DNA of 64,000 bases from NCBI GenBank assembly GCA_022822185.1, contig JAJECE010000068.1:376-64375 (forward strand). Direction: 5' to 3'. The notes under the pieces are model-generated. The model did no database searches and had not been told where the DNA came from. It saw only the letters and a list, made by a program, of their open reading frames with translations. Positions 9,205-18,385 of this stretch are shown one piece after another (within the stretch, counting starts at the first letter, position 1; each line of letters opens with the position of its first letter). This stretch comes from Rhodothermales bacterium. GTDB lineage: Bacteria > Bacteroidota > Rhodothermia > Rhodothermales > Bin80. Position numbers and translations under genes: made by a program.

Positions 9205-10443
9205 CTACCTTAGAAACCTAGCTATCTGCGTACGGACCAGGTCGTGAGTTCCCATCTTCACACCGTGGGCTTTTGCCAGTTCACTCCACTGTCCAAGTGC
9301 ATCTGTCGTCTGTTTGAGGATTTCCTCAATTCTGGCATCTCTGATGGCAGCATGCCGCCCTAGTGCGCGAAGATGATCCATATCCGGCGATCTGCCCTCG
9401 CCCATCACCATCGTGCTCTGCTCCCCACCCAGACCATAGGAAAACGTCAGATCATAGGCGGGGGCAAGTTTCCACTCTCCCGTTTGATCCATGAGAAATG
9501 AAAAATTCCTGGCATGATCATCACGGTTATGCGCCATCGTATTGAACACCGCAAGCCGAAACATTTTTTCTGATTCCCGGACATCACGCGTCAAAATCAT
9601 CGTGAGTTCCAGTAAGTCCTGATAATCCAGTGCAGGTGTCCTGTGATCCGAATGCAGCAACCCGCAAGCGCTGTGCACATGCAGGCGTTTGTTTTCATTT
9701 CGGTCAAAGCGCTTGACTGCAAAATACCCTGCACCCCGTTTTGCCAAAAACAAATGTGTATCAGGAATCGCAAGTCCGGCCTGCCGGGCCATTTTTGAGT
9801 ACACAAATTCTACGGCTCCCGCATCCGGTCCATCCTGTGAATTTGCAAATTTGACAATCCATGGTGCATAGCCTTCCGGTAAATCCTGACTCCCATAGAT
9901 GATGCGCCCGCTCTCCTGATGAAACCCGACAAGTGCTTTCGGCCGTGCACCCGCAGAGGATCCATTGAGTGCGATAAGTTCTCTCAGAACACCTTCAGCT
10001 TCACCTTCCAGAACATCCTGCGACTGCTGGGCAATCCAGTCTAAATCTATTCCGGCACCCGCTGCAGCATCAGAGTGATCCGGCTTGTAGACCAGTGCCC
10101 CCATACCAAATTCACCAACATGTGCCAACCGGTCAAGCGGCCCCAGCATCTGCGGTAAAAGCCCCTGCTTACGCATGACCCGGTCAAACAGAAGTCTTCC
10201 CCAGCCATCCGGCAAACTATCATGGAATACACCTGGCAGTCCATCAAAAAGTGTGGCCTGGAAGGATTGTAATCCAGATTTCAATGGCAGCCGGAAAGGA
10301 GACAGTGCAAGGCCACTACGTATAAAATCTGCATCGTATTCGAAATAAATTTGCCGCTCCAAAAGGGCTAGGTCCCCTACTGGCATTGCGCCACTCCCAA
10401 AATCCAGCCCCACTTTTATGTGTCCTGTCGACCTGTAGTTCAT
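9205..10443 (-). CDS. hipA: HipA-family serine/threonine kinase toxin
   Basis: 412 aa. HipA N-terminal coupling region and a C-terminal kinase core (HARNFSF, APAYD). Overlaps the upstream HTH gene by 4 nt. Confidence 0.85.
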   Translation of the reverse strand: MNYRSTGHIKVGLDFGSGAMPVGDLALLERQIYFEYDADFIRSGLALSPFRLPLKSGLQSFQATLFDGLPGVFHDSLPDGWGRLLFDRVMRKQGLLPQMLGPLDRLAHVGEFGMGALVYKPDHSDAAAGAGIDLDWIAQQSQDVLEGEAEGVLRELIALNGSSAGARPKALVGFHQESGRIIYGSQDLPEGYAPWIVKFANSQDGPDAGAVEFVYSKMARQAGLAIPDTHLFLAKRGAGYFAVKRFDRNENKRLHVHSACGLLHSDHRTPALDYQDLLELTMILTRDVRESEKMFRLAVFNTMAHNRDDHARNFSFLMDQTGEWKLAPAYDLTFSYGLGGEQSTMVMGEGRSPDMDHLRALGRHAAIRDARIEEILKQTTDALGQWSELAKAHGVKMGTHDLVRTQIARFLR

Positions 10444-10748
10444 GAAGAGGAACCATACCTGCGTTTCGGACGGGATTGACTGGACAAAACTTCATCCATA
10501 GAGGAGTATTGTCTCCGGTCTGGTGCGCTTGCATCTACGATTTTTCTTAGCCCGCCAACGACCAGCATGAGCTTTAGTAAATTATCAATGGAGATGTCAC
10601 CGCTCTGCTCAAATCTTCGCAGTGTGCCCAGAGTAACTCCTGAACGTTTGCTAAGACCGGCTTGCGTGAGATTGACCGCCAGACGACGCTCCCTCATATT
10701 CGCGGCGAGCGCTGCCTTTACCTTTGCAGGTGTCGTTAGTACGAACAT
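10440..10748 (-). CDS. hipB: XRE-family HTH antitoxin (HipB-like)
   Basis: 102 aa with an HTH (NLTQAGLSKRSGVTLGTLRRFEQSG). ATGA overlap with hipA. Confidence 0.8.
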   Translation of the reverse strand: MFVLTTPAKVKAALAANMRERRLAVNLTQAGLSKRSGVTLGTLRRFEQSGDISIDNLLKLMLVVGGLRKIVDASAPDRRQYSSMDEVLSSQSRPKRRYGSSS

Positions 10749-10803
10749 AATGTGATTTACTCTGATTTATTTCTTAATAATACTATTATTTTATTACTTA
10801 TGT
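10749..10803 (-). promoter_or_regulatory. AT-rich putative hipBA promoter/operator region
   Basis: Abrupt drop in GC content (ctctgatttatttcttaataatactattattttattactt) directly upstream of hipB. No canonical operator recognised. Confidence 0.3.
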
Positions 10804-10976
10804 TTGCGCTCACGAGAAAATGTTGAATCACGATGTGCTAATGAATGTGGGCATTTCGTGTGTAGATCTCCCTTATTGCATGGAGACTGCACTATCCCGG
10901 CGCTCCAGCAGTGTCCTTTTCCGGCCTATCGTATCCAGACATACGAACACATGATTTTCCCCTTACCCGTCCCCTC

Positions 10977-11522
10977 TCAAACGGATTGCCCCCTCACCCA
11001 CCTGAGTGTTCCGTTTGAGATCACCGCCATCACCGAAGCCAAGGTGTTGTAGAGGATATCATGCACATCAAAGACACGGTTCGGCAGAACTAACTGTAGC
11101 AGTTCGTCCATTGCCCCTAGAGCAGTCGTCACCGCAATCACTACGATGGAAATCGTCGTGATCCGCCCGCCATGGGCAGAGCGTTCAAGTAATGCCGCAT
11201 AGATTAACAACGCCACAACTCCGTACATAATCACGTGGATCCGTTCTTCCGGATACCGGATGTATGCAAGCGTTACGGAATAGACCACCGCGATTCCCAG
11301 TGCAACCACCATCTCTTTCCAATTCGGAATTACCGTCATCCCGCGTGTAACAATGAATACCAGAATCAGACCGCAGCCAAGCAAAAATATGCCGTTCCCC
11401 CAGCCGCTGGCCTGCAAGAAGCGAAACCACTTTACGGCGAACCCTAATGTGAAGTAAATGGTAAGTACGGTAAATACCGTTACCACCCACAAACACCGCT
11501 CACGTGTGGTCGCAGGCCTCAT
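10977..11522 (-). CDS. VanZ-like integral membrane protein
   Basis: 181 aa, 5-6 predicted TM segments, C-terminal DVHDILYN motif reminiscent of the VanZ family. Confidence 0.5.
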   Translation of the reverse strand: MRPATTRERCLWVVTVFTVLTIYFTLGFAVKWFRFLQASGWGNGIFLLGCGLILVFIVTRGMTVIPNWKEMVVALGIAVVYSVTLAYIRYPEERIHVIMYGVVALLIYAALLERSAHGGRITTISIVVIAVTTALGAMDELLQLVLPNRVFDVHDILYNTLASVMAVISNGTLRWVRGQSV

Positions 11523-11698
11523 CTAGTACATCCTTCGGTTATTCATAACATTTCACCGCATCTGCAACTCCCCCATCCAGCTGGTACTTTCCAGCGGTGG
11601 AACCTTCGCAGTCCAAAGTCCCATCACCATTCATCACAAAGATGGTCGCAACTCCAGTCGCCCGGCTTCACAACCAGCGTATCCCTTCACTCAATGGC

Positions 11699-12301
11699 TT
11701 AGAGGAGTTGATTCAAGAAGATAGAAAGCGCACGCGGCTCAAGAAATACGGTCAATAGCACGCCCCCAGCTGCACCCCCCAAATGCGCCTCGTGGGCGAT
11801 CCCGAAGGATCTGCCCGTTTTCATTGCATAGATACTGCCCCCTATAAACAAAACCGCAAACAGAATTGCCGGAATGGGCACGATCCCGAAAAAATAGATT
11901 AACTCATACGGAGCAAATAACACGAACGCAAATAGCACGCCGCTAATGGCCCCACTTGCTCCGACGGCATTGTATCCAGCATTATTCCGATGTTGAATGT
12001 GGGTCAGCACATGCGCACACAACAATGACCCAAAATACAGGATCAAATATTTTGTGCTTCCTAACCGGAGTTCAAGGAGGGGGCCAAAGAAATACAGGGT
12101 CACCGCATTCAACAGAAGGTGCGTCAGCGATACATGCACAAAGCCTCCCGTGATATACCGATAAGGTTCCCGGGTAATCCGGGTTGGCCGGAACCCTAGC
12201 CGATCCATCAAAAGCGGGTTTCCAAAGAGAGCAAACCCGCTCACCATGATCATAGATATCAATAGCAGAACAGTGATGGGGGCATCGAATCCGTACAGCA
12301 T
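11699..12301 (-). CDS. rhomboid-family intramembrane serine protease
   Basis: GASGAISG catalytic-serine motif and AHLGGAAGG histidine motif; polytopic membrane protein. Confidence 0.85.
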   Translation of the reverse strand: MLYGFDAPITVLLLISMIMVSGFALFGNPLLMDRLGFRPTRITREPYRYITGGFVHVSLTHLLLNAVTLYFFGPLLELRLGSTKYLILYFGSLLCAHVLTHIQHRNNAGYNAVGASGAISGVLFAFVLFAPYELIYFFGIVPIPAILFAVLFIGGSIYAMKTGRSFGIAHEAHLGGAAGGVLLTVFLEPRALSIFLNQLL

Positions 12302-12990
12302 CAGACGGATCCACCGATGAGACTCTGAAACAATACCGAGCCGTCATCCCCCCCCAGAGCGTGCTCCGCTGCACGCTCCGGGTGCGGCATCATACCCAGA
12401 ACATTCCCTTCCCGATTGACAATCCCCGCAATATTGTTGGAGGATCCATTGGGATTCGCCTCTGATGTAACCGCACCCTCGGATGTCGTGTACCGGAATA
12501 CCACCTGTCCATTCCGCTCCAGTTCAACCAGTTCCGATGCCTCTGCAAAATAGTTTCCCTCACCATGCGCAACCGGAATTCTCAGGATCTGTCCGATCTT
12601 TGCCTCTCTGGTAAAGGGAACCCCCACATTGTCCGTACGAAGATAAACCCACTTGCAAACAAACCTGACCGAGGCGTTCCTAAGCAGAACACCGGGTAAA
12701 AGCCCGCATTCACACAGGATCTGGAACCCGTTACAGATACCGAGGACATGGCCGCCATTCTCTGCAAAACGAACGACACTGTCCATAATGAACGAAAATC
12801 TCGCGACCGCCCCGGCACGGAGGTAGTCCCCGTAAGAGAACCCCCCCGGTACAATCACCAGATCGACCGCCGGCAACTCACGTTCTTTGTGCCAGATAAA
12901 GGTGGTCTCCAGACCAAACACATGCCGCGTAGCGTGGTAGGCATCGTGGTCACAATTCGAACCTGGAAAGACAATGACACCTACACGCAT
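12301..12990 (-). CDS. purQ: phosphoribosylformylglycinamidine synthase, glutaminase subunit PurQ
   Basis: [16 protein letters not shown] start, the GICNGFQIL nucleophile elbow, and MPHPER near the C-terminus. Confidence 0.92.
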   Translation of the reverse strand: MRVGVIVFPGSNCDHDAYHATRHVFGLETTFIWHKERELPAVDLVIVPGGFSYGDYLRAGAVARFSFIMDSVVRFAENGGHVLGICNGFQILCECGLLPGVLLRNASVRFVCKWVYLRTDNVGVPFTREAKIGQILRIPVAHGEGNYFAEASELVELERNGQVVFRYTTSEGAVTSEANPNGSSNNIAGIVNREGNVLGMMPHPERAAEHALGGDDGSVLFQSLIGGSV

Positions 12991-13008
12991 CGGCTTTGAA
13001 TAATCCTC

Positions 13009-13599
13009 TTACTGATCTTTGATCAATTCCAGTTCAAGGATGATCTCCACGTCATGACCTACGACCAGTCCTCCGGCTTCCGTCAGACGATCCCAGGATA
13101 GATTGAACTCGGTCCGGTTGATGGTGGTGGTGGCCTCAAATCCAGCGCGTTCCGAATCCCCCATGCTGGCCGTTCCAAGAAACTCGCCTTCGAGGACAAT
13201 CGTCTGGGTGACATCCCGGATCGTCAGATCTCCGGATAACTGGAATTTATTCCCCTCAACTTCGGTGACTCCCATGCTGGTGAAGGTCATGTTGGGAAAT
13301 TCTTCCGCCGCAAAGAAGTCATCTGAACGCAGATGACCATCCCGGCGCTCATTCCCCGTGTCAATACTTGCAGTCTCAATGTTGGCATTCACCGAGAGTG
13401 TGCTCAAATCAGCACCATCCATGAGAATTTCGGCATCGTAGGCAAGAAACTCACCGCGAACATTTGAGATCCCCAAATGGCGCACCTTGAACGAAATACT
13501 GGAATGGGCTGCATCAATGGACCAGGAAGTCGGATTCTCCATGGGGATGGCGAAGGCTGCCAGTAGCAGCGGGGCAAAAAGCAATAAACGTGTTTTCAT
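13009..13599 (-). CDS. YceI-family periplasmic protein
   Basis: Signal peptide (MKTRLLLFAPLLLAAFA) followed by W.IDAAHSSISFKVRHLGISNVRGEF, the YceI signature. I chose the internal ATG at 13599. Confidence 0.85.
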   Translation of the reverse strand: MKTRLLLFAPLLLAAFAIPMENPTSWSIDAAHSSISFKVRHLGISNVRGEFLAYDAEILMDGADLSTLSVNANIETASIDTGNERRDGHLRSDDFFAAEEFPNMTFTSMGVTEVEGNKFQLSGDLTIRDVTQTIVLEGEFLGTASMGDSERAGFEATTTINRTEFNLSWDRLTEAGGLVVGHDVEIILELELIKDQ

Positions 13600-13719
13600 C
13601 AGGAAGAAAGAAATGGTTAACAGCCCACTGTAACTTATTACCTGCAATTAGGATTCCCGATCCACCGACTCAACATTTTGCGCGTAAAATCGTTCTTTGT
13701 GAATTCACGCTTATTATCT

Positions 13720-14595
13720 ATGATCCCACGCGAGTTGTTCGCTAAAATCCGGCGAATTGAAATACGTACAAAAGGACTCGTCAATAACGTTTTTGGGGGA
13801 GAATATCATTCTGCCTTCAAAGGACGGGGTATTGAATTTTCGGAGGTCCGCTCCTATCAGTTTGGCGATGATATTCGCAGCATTGACTGGAACGTAACCG
13901 CAAGGACCGGGGAGGCCTTTGTAAAAATCTTTGAAGAGGAGCGGGAGCAGACCCTCCTGCTGGTGGTCGACATATCAGGATCCAGTGATTTTGGCAGTCG
14001 AGACAAATTTAAGCGGGAGATTGCGGCAGAGATCTGTGCGATTCTGGGGTTTAGTGCCATCCGGAACAATGATAAGGTTGGCCTCCTGTTATTCTCAGAT
14101 CAGGTTGAACTCTTCGTACCGCCGAAGAGCGGACGCCGACATGTGCTGCGCCTTGTGCGTGACCTGTTTGCCCATACGCCGCAGTCTTCCGGGACCGCCC
14201 TGCAAAGCGCACTGGATCATATCCTCCGCGTCATTCGCCGCCGCTCTATTGTGCTGCTGGTGAGTGATTTTTTTGATGAGGGATTTGAACGCCCTCTGCG
14301 GATGGTTTCACGCCGGCATGACACCGTGGCCGTACACCTGACCGATCCCCGTGAGGATATGCTTCCACCTCTGGGCCTTGTGACCCTGTTTGATCCCGAA
14401 ACCAGTCAATCCCGATCTCTGGACACAGGAAGTCACGCGGTCCGGGAAGCCTTTCAGCAATCCTCGTCCCGAAAGCACGAACAACTCAAGGCGCTCTTTC
14501 GCAGAGCGCGTGTAGATCACGTTGAAATCAAATGCGGGGAAGATTTCGTAGACCCGCTGGCAAAGTTTTTTCGTGCACGCGCCCAGATTACCTGA
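13720..14595 (+). CDS. DUF58 domain protein (MoxR/Bat-operon associated)
   Basis: IRRIEIRTKGLV...GEYHSAFKGRGIEFSEVRSYQFGDDIRSIDWNVTAR is the classic DUF58 N-terminus. First gene of the bat cluster. Confidence 0.85.
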   Translation: MIPRELFAKIRRIEIRTKGLVNNVFGGEYHSAFKGRGIEFSEVRSYQFGDDIRSIDWNVTARTGEAFVKIFEEEREQTLLLVVDISGSSDFGSRDKFKREIAAEICAILGFSAIRNNDKVGLLLFSDQVELFVPPKSGRRHVLRLVRDLFAHTPQSSGTALQSALDHILRVIRRRSIVLLVSDFFDEGFERPLRMVSRRHDTVAVHLTDPREDMLPPLGLVTLFDPETSQSRSLDTGSHAVREAFQQSSSRKHEQLKALFRRARVDHVEIKCGEDFVDPLAKFFRARAQIT

Positions 14596-15566
14596 TGAGA
14601 CGATCCTGCCTGTATGTTCTGCTGACGATTTCCATCGCCCTTGTGACCGGCCCGGATGCCGCACGGGCGCAGCGCGTAGATGCTTACCTGTCGGAGGACC
14701 GTGTCTATGTGGGAGATCGTTTTACCCTCACACTCATTGCGATGCACGGCTTTGCCGAGGTGCCTTCCTTCCCGAGTACCGATTCTGCGTTTGGAGATAT
14801 CATCCCCGTTGATCTGATCTCTGCGGGGACACGGTTTATGGATACGGATGTACGTCTGGACAGCGCCGTCTATGAAGTAACGACGTTTGCTCTGGACACC
14901 GCCCGCTTGGCACCAATGGTCATTGGCTTCGATGGAAATTCGGTCACCGCCACCACTGCCGCACAGGAATTACTTGTGTCCTCTATCGTTCCGGAGGATA
15001 CCGAAGGGATCCGCGACATGGCCCCTCCCGTTGAGTTTGGGCGTCCTGCGTTGCCATATGTGCTTCTCGGACTTGCCGCCCTGATTGTGGCCGCCCTCAT
15101 CTGGTATATGATCTGGCGGCGGCAACAACCCGATCCTCCTCCCGTGACAGACTTCATCGGAGAGGATCTCCCATCCCCTGCAGAGACTGCCCTGCGGCGC
15201 CTGCGTGCACTCGAGAATACCCCACTCGCCGAGCGCGTGCAGGTGGAAACCTTTTATGTCGAACTCTCCGACATCCTGCGCACCTATATCGAAGACCGGC
15301 TTTTTATTCCTGCACTGGAATCCACAACGACTGAACTCGTTCGGGACCTGGTCCACCCAAATGTGCAACACCAAATTCCTGCCGGCATTCCTGAACAACT
15401 GGAGCAAATCCTGTCTCTTGCCGATTTAGTCAAGTTCGCAGATGTAACCCCATCCATCCCTGAAGGCCGATCTGCATTGGAGGAAGCCGTTACCGTTATC
15501 CAGCGTGTTGAAATCAAGTTTGATCAACGCGCGGCAAGTGAAACGTTTGCAAAAGCCGGAGAGTGA
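14595..15566 (+). CDS. Bat-operon membrane protein (signal peptide plus central TM; DUF4381/BatD-N-like)
   Basis: The ATG overlaps the DUF58 stop (TGATG). Signal peptide and TM segment ALPYVLLGLAALIVAALIWYMIW. The position matches the hypothetical gene between DUF58 and batA in known bat operons. Confidence 0.5.
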   Translation: MRRSCLYVLLTISIALVTGPDAARAQRVDAYLSEDRVYVGDRFTLTLIAMHGFAEVPSFPSTDSAFGDIIPVDLISAGTRFMDTDVRLDSAVYEVTTFALDTARLAPMVIGFDGNSVTATTAAQELLVSSIVPEDTEGIRDMAPPVEFGRPALPYVLLGLAALIVAALIWYMIWRRQQPDPPPVTDFIGEDLPSPAETALRRLRALENTPLAERVQVETFYVELSDILRTYIEDRLFIPALESTTTELVRDLVHPNVQHQIPAGIPEQLEQILSLADLVKFADVTPSIPEGRSALEEAVTVIQRVEIKFDQRAASETFAKAGE

Positions 15567-16552
15567 TTATGGAATTTGCACAGCCACAGTGGTTTTATCT
15601 GTTGATTCTGGTTCCTGCCTACGGACTCTTGGTCTGGTTCCGGAGGAAACGTACGCCAGGGCTTGTTTTCAGTAATACCAGAGCCGCCCAAAACACTCCA
15701 CCTGGAATTCGTGTATACGCCTCTATCCTGCCTCCACTGCTTCGTATGGGAGCCATGACACTGTGCATACTGGCCCTGGCACGCCCCCAGATTCGGGAGG
15801 TGACGCAGGAGCGTTATGCGGAAGGGGTGGATATTGTTCTGGTTCTGGATACATCCACAAGTATGCGTGCGGAGGATTTTCATCCGAATCGATTTGAGGC
15901 GGCCCGTGAGGTTGCATCTGAATTTATTGACGGGCGGATGTCCGACCGCATTGGACTGATCGTCTTTGCGGCCAAAGCCTACACGCAGGCCCCGCTCACA
16001 CTGGACTATCAATTCCTTCAGCGGATGCTGTCCGAGGTAGAGGTTGGGGTCATTCAGGATGGCACTGCAATCGGCACTGCTTTAGCAACGGCCGTGAACC
16101 GGCTGAAGGATACCGTTGCCGAGAGCAAGGTCATCATCCTTCTGACTGACGGGCAGAATAACCGGGGAGAGATTGACCCGGTCACGGCATCCGAGGTGGC
16201 GGCAACCCTGGGAGTCCGTATCTATGCAGTCGGGGTGGGAGCCTATGGAGAGGCCCCCTTTGTTGTGGATCGTCCCTTCGGAGGAAGACAGCGCCAGATG
16301 GTGCCCGTAGAGATTGATGAGGATATGCTGCGTTCTATTGCACAGGGAACCGGCGGGCAATACTTCCGCGCCACAAATGAGGAAGCACTCCGTGAAATTT
16401 ATGGACAGATCGGTGAATTGGAAAAAACTGAGATCGAAACACGCATCTATACAGACTACGAGGAACGTTATATTCGTTTTCTATTGCCTGGACTGCTTCT
16501 TGTCCTGATTGAAATTTTTCTGACCACAACCCTGCTTCGACGCTTTCCCTGA
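15563..16552 (+). CDS. batA: VWA-domain aerotolerance protein BatA
   Basis: N-terminal TMs and a VWA MIDAS motif (VLVLDTSTSM); operon context. Confidence 0.85.
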   Translation: MIMEFAQPQWFYLLILVPAYGLLVWFRRKRTPGLVFSNTRAAQNTPPGIRVYASILPPLLRMGAMTLCILALARPQIREVTQERYAEGVDIVLVLDTSTSMRAEDFHPNRFEAAREVASEFIDGRMSDRIGLIVFAAKAYTQAPLTLDYQFLQRMLSEVEVGVIQDGTAIGTALATAVNRLKDTVAESKVIILLTDGQNNRGEIDPVTASEVAATLGVRIYAVGVGAYGEAPFVVDRPFGGRQRQMVPVEIDEDMLRSIAQGTGGQYFRATNEEALREIYGQIGELEKTEIETRIYTDYEERYIRFLLPGLLLVLIEIFLTTTLLRRFP

Positions 16553-17595
16553 TGGCCTGGCTTTATGAGTCATATCTCTGGATTCTCTGGGCGGTGCCCA
16601 TTGTGATTGCCCTCAGTCTTTATGCAGCCTGGAGACGGCGCATCCTGCAAATTCGATTTGGCGACATTGCACTGGTGCGCAGACTCTCCAGAAGTGTCAG
16701 CGGGCGGAGACGGCGCTACAAAACATCCATCATGGTGACCGCCGTTGCACTGCTCTGTCTTGCGCTTGCGGGCCCTCAGGTCGGCACACAGTTACGTGAG
16801 ATCAAGCGGGAAGGGATTGACCTAGTCATTGCACTTGATGTATCGGCCTCCATGCTGGCCGAAGATGTGGCCCCCAACCGGCTGGGCCGGGCACGCAATG
16901 AAATCAAACGTCTGCTGAGCGACCTCCGGGGAGACCGTGTCGGACTGGTTATCTTTGCCGGAGATGCCTTTATTCAGTGCCCGCTTACCACCGATTACAG
17001 TGCGGTGCGTCTTTTTCTTGATGTTGCAGGCCCGGACCTGCTGCCGACCCCTGGAACGGACTTTGGTGCGGCCATGCAGATCGCTGTAAAGGCCTTTGAT
17101 GCACCATCCGCCAGCATTGACCCGGAGGCTACACAATCAAAAGCCCTCCTGATCGTATCTGATGGAGAAAATCACGTTGCGGATCTGAACGAAATCCTGA
17201 CCACCGCACAAGAGGAAGGGATCACCGTATTCGCTACCGGAGTTGGAGATACCGGTGGGGCCCCGATCCCTGTCTACAATGCATCCGGGCGACGTACCGG
17301 GTACAAACGGGATCTCCAAGGGGAGATTGTCCATTCAAGGCTTGAGGAGGCGGGCCTGAAAGCATTGAGTATAGACGGGGCGTATTTTCAGGTTGCGCGT
17401 ACATCCAGTTCACTCTCTCAACTGATCCCTGCACTTGAACAACTGAACAAGGCCAATTTTGCCGAAGAAGAATTTGAAGACTACGATCTTAAATACCAGT
17501 GGCCTCTGGCACTGGCATTATTGTTATTGGGGATAGACGGACTGATCACGGTCCGCCGATCCCGCGTTAAGAAACAGGAGAATCTAATCCAATGA
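16552..17595 (+). CDS. batB: VWA-domain aerotolerance protein BatB
   Basis: VWA MIDAS motif (VIALDVSASM); N- and C-terminal TMs; operon context. Confidence 0.85.
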   Translation: MAWLYESYLWILWAVPIVIALSLYAAWRRRILQIRFGDIALVRRLSRSVSGRRRRYKTSIMVTAVALLCLALAGPQVGTQLREIKREGIDLVIALDVSASMLAEDVAPNRLGRARNEIKRLLSDLRGDRVGLVIFAGDAFIQCPLTTDYSAVRLFLDVAGPDLLPTPGTDFGAAMQIAVKAFDAPSASIDPEATQSKALLIVSDGENHVADLNEILTTAQEEGITVFATGVGDTGGAPIPVYNASGRRTGYKRDLQGEIVHSRLEEAGLKALSIDGAYFQVARTSSSLSQLIPALEQLNKANFAEEEFEDYDLKYQWPLALALLLLGIDGLITVRRSRVKKQENLIQ

Positions 17596-18380
17596 CATTT
17601 GCAGCAATCCTGGGAGTATTTATGGCAATGATCCAGATCATCCCTGGATCTATCCCAAAACAGCAGGGCAGAGTTGGCAATGACCATCTCAAACAGGAAG
17701 AATACGAAGAAGCAGCAACGGCTTATCAGGATGGGCTTTCGACATATCGGCCTCCCGAAGGAACGGATCAGACATATTATGGGCTCCAGAATAATCTGGG
17801 GCTGAGTCTGCATCGACAAGAAAATTTTGAAGCGGCGGGCCGTGCATTTGAAGAAGCACTCTCCTATGCTCCCGACAGTGATGCAACCGCCAGGGCTGCA
17901 TTCAATGCAGGAAATAATGCATTCACCAGCCAGCAGCTGGAACGTGCACTGCAACATTATCAAACCGCCTTGATGGCGGATCCGGATAATGAAGATGCCA
18001 AGTTCAATTTTGAATTTGTAACCAGGCAGCTGCAAGAGCAGGAGGAGCAGCAGCAACAACAACAGGATTCGGACGACGAAGAGCAGGAGGAAAATGAACA
18101 AAATCAGGAGCAGGAAAACGAGCCGGATAATGAGCAAAATGAAGAGCAGCAAGGTGAACGGGATGAAGATCTAGATCAGAATGATCAGGGGCAAACCGAA
18201 GAAGAGCAGTCCGAGAAAGAACCCGAGCAGTCCGGCGGGCAGGATGAACCGGGCGAACCCCCTCTGACACGGGAACAGGCGGAACGTATTTTGGAAGCAC
18301 TCGCAAATGAGGAGGAACAACTCCTGCGCGAAGTGCAAAAAATGGAAGGCCGCCCCAGACGTGTAGCGAAAGACTGGTAG
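17592..18380 (+). CDS. batC: TPR-repeat protein BatC with a Gln/Glu/Asp-rich tail
   Basis: TPR-like repeats, then QEQEEQQQQQQDSDDEEQEENEQ low-complexity sequence and an AERILEAL C-terminal motif; operon context. Confidence 0.75.
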   Translation: MTFAAILGVFMAMIQIIPGSIPKQQGRVGNDHLKQEEYEEAATAYQDGLSTYRPPEGTDQTYYGLQNNLGLSLHRQENFEAAGRAFEEALSYAPDSDATARAAFNAGNNAFTSQQLERALQHYQTALMADPDNEDAKFNFEFVTRQLQEQEEQQQQQQDSDDEEQEENEQNQEQENEPDNEQNEEQQGERDEDLDQNDQGQTEEEQSEKEPEQSGGQDEPGEPPLTREQAERILEALANEEEQLLREVQKMEGRPRRVAKDW

Positions 18381-18385
18381 CATCT

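Noticed and set aside
17481-18152. 223-aa Leu/Phe-rich ORF on the - strand
   Set aside because: It is antisense to the Gln/Glu-rich low-complexity region of batC. GAA/CAG repeats read as TTC/CTG on the other strand, so this is an artefact.
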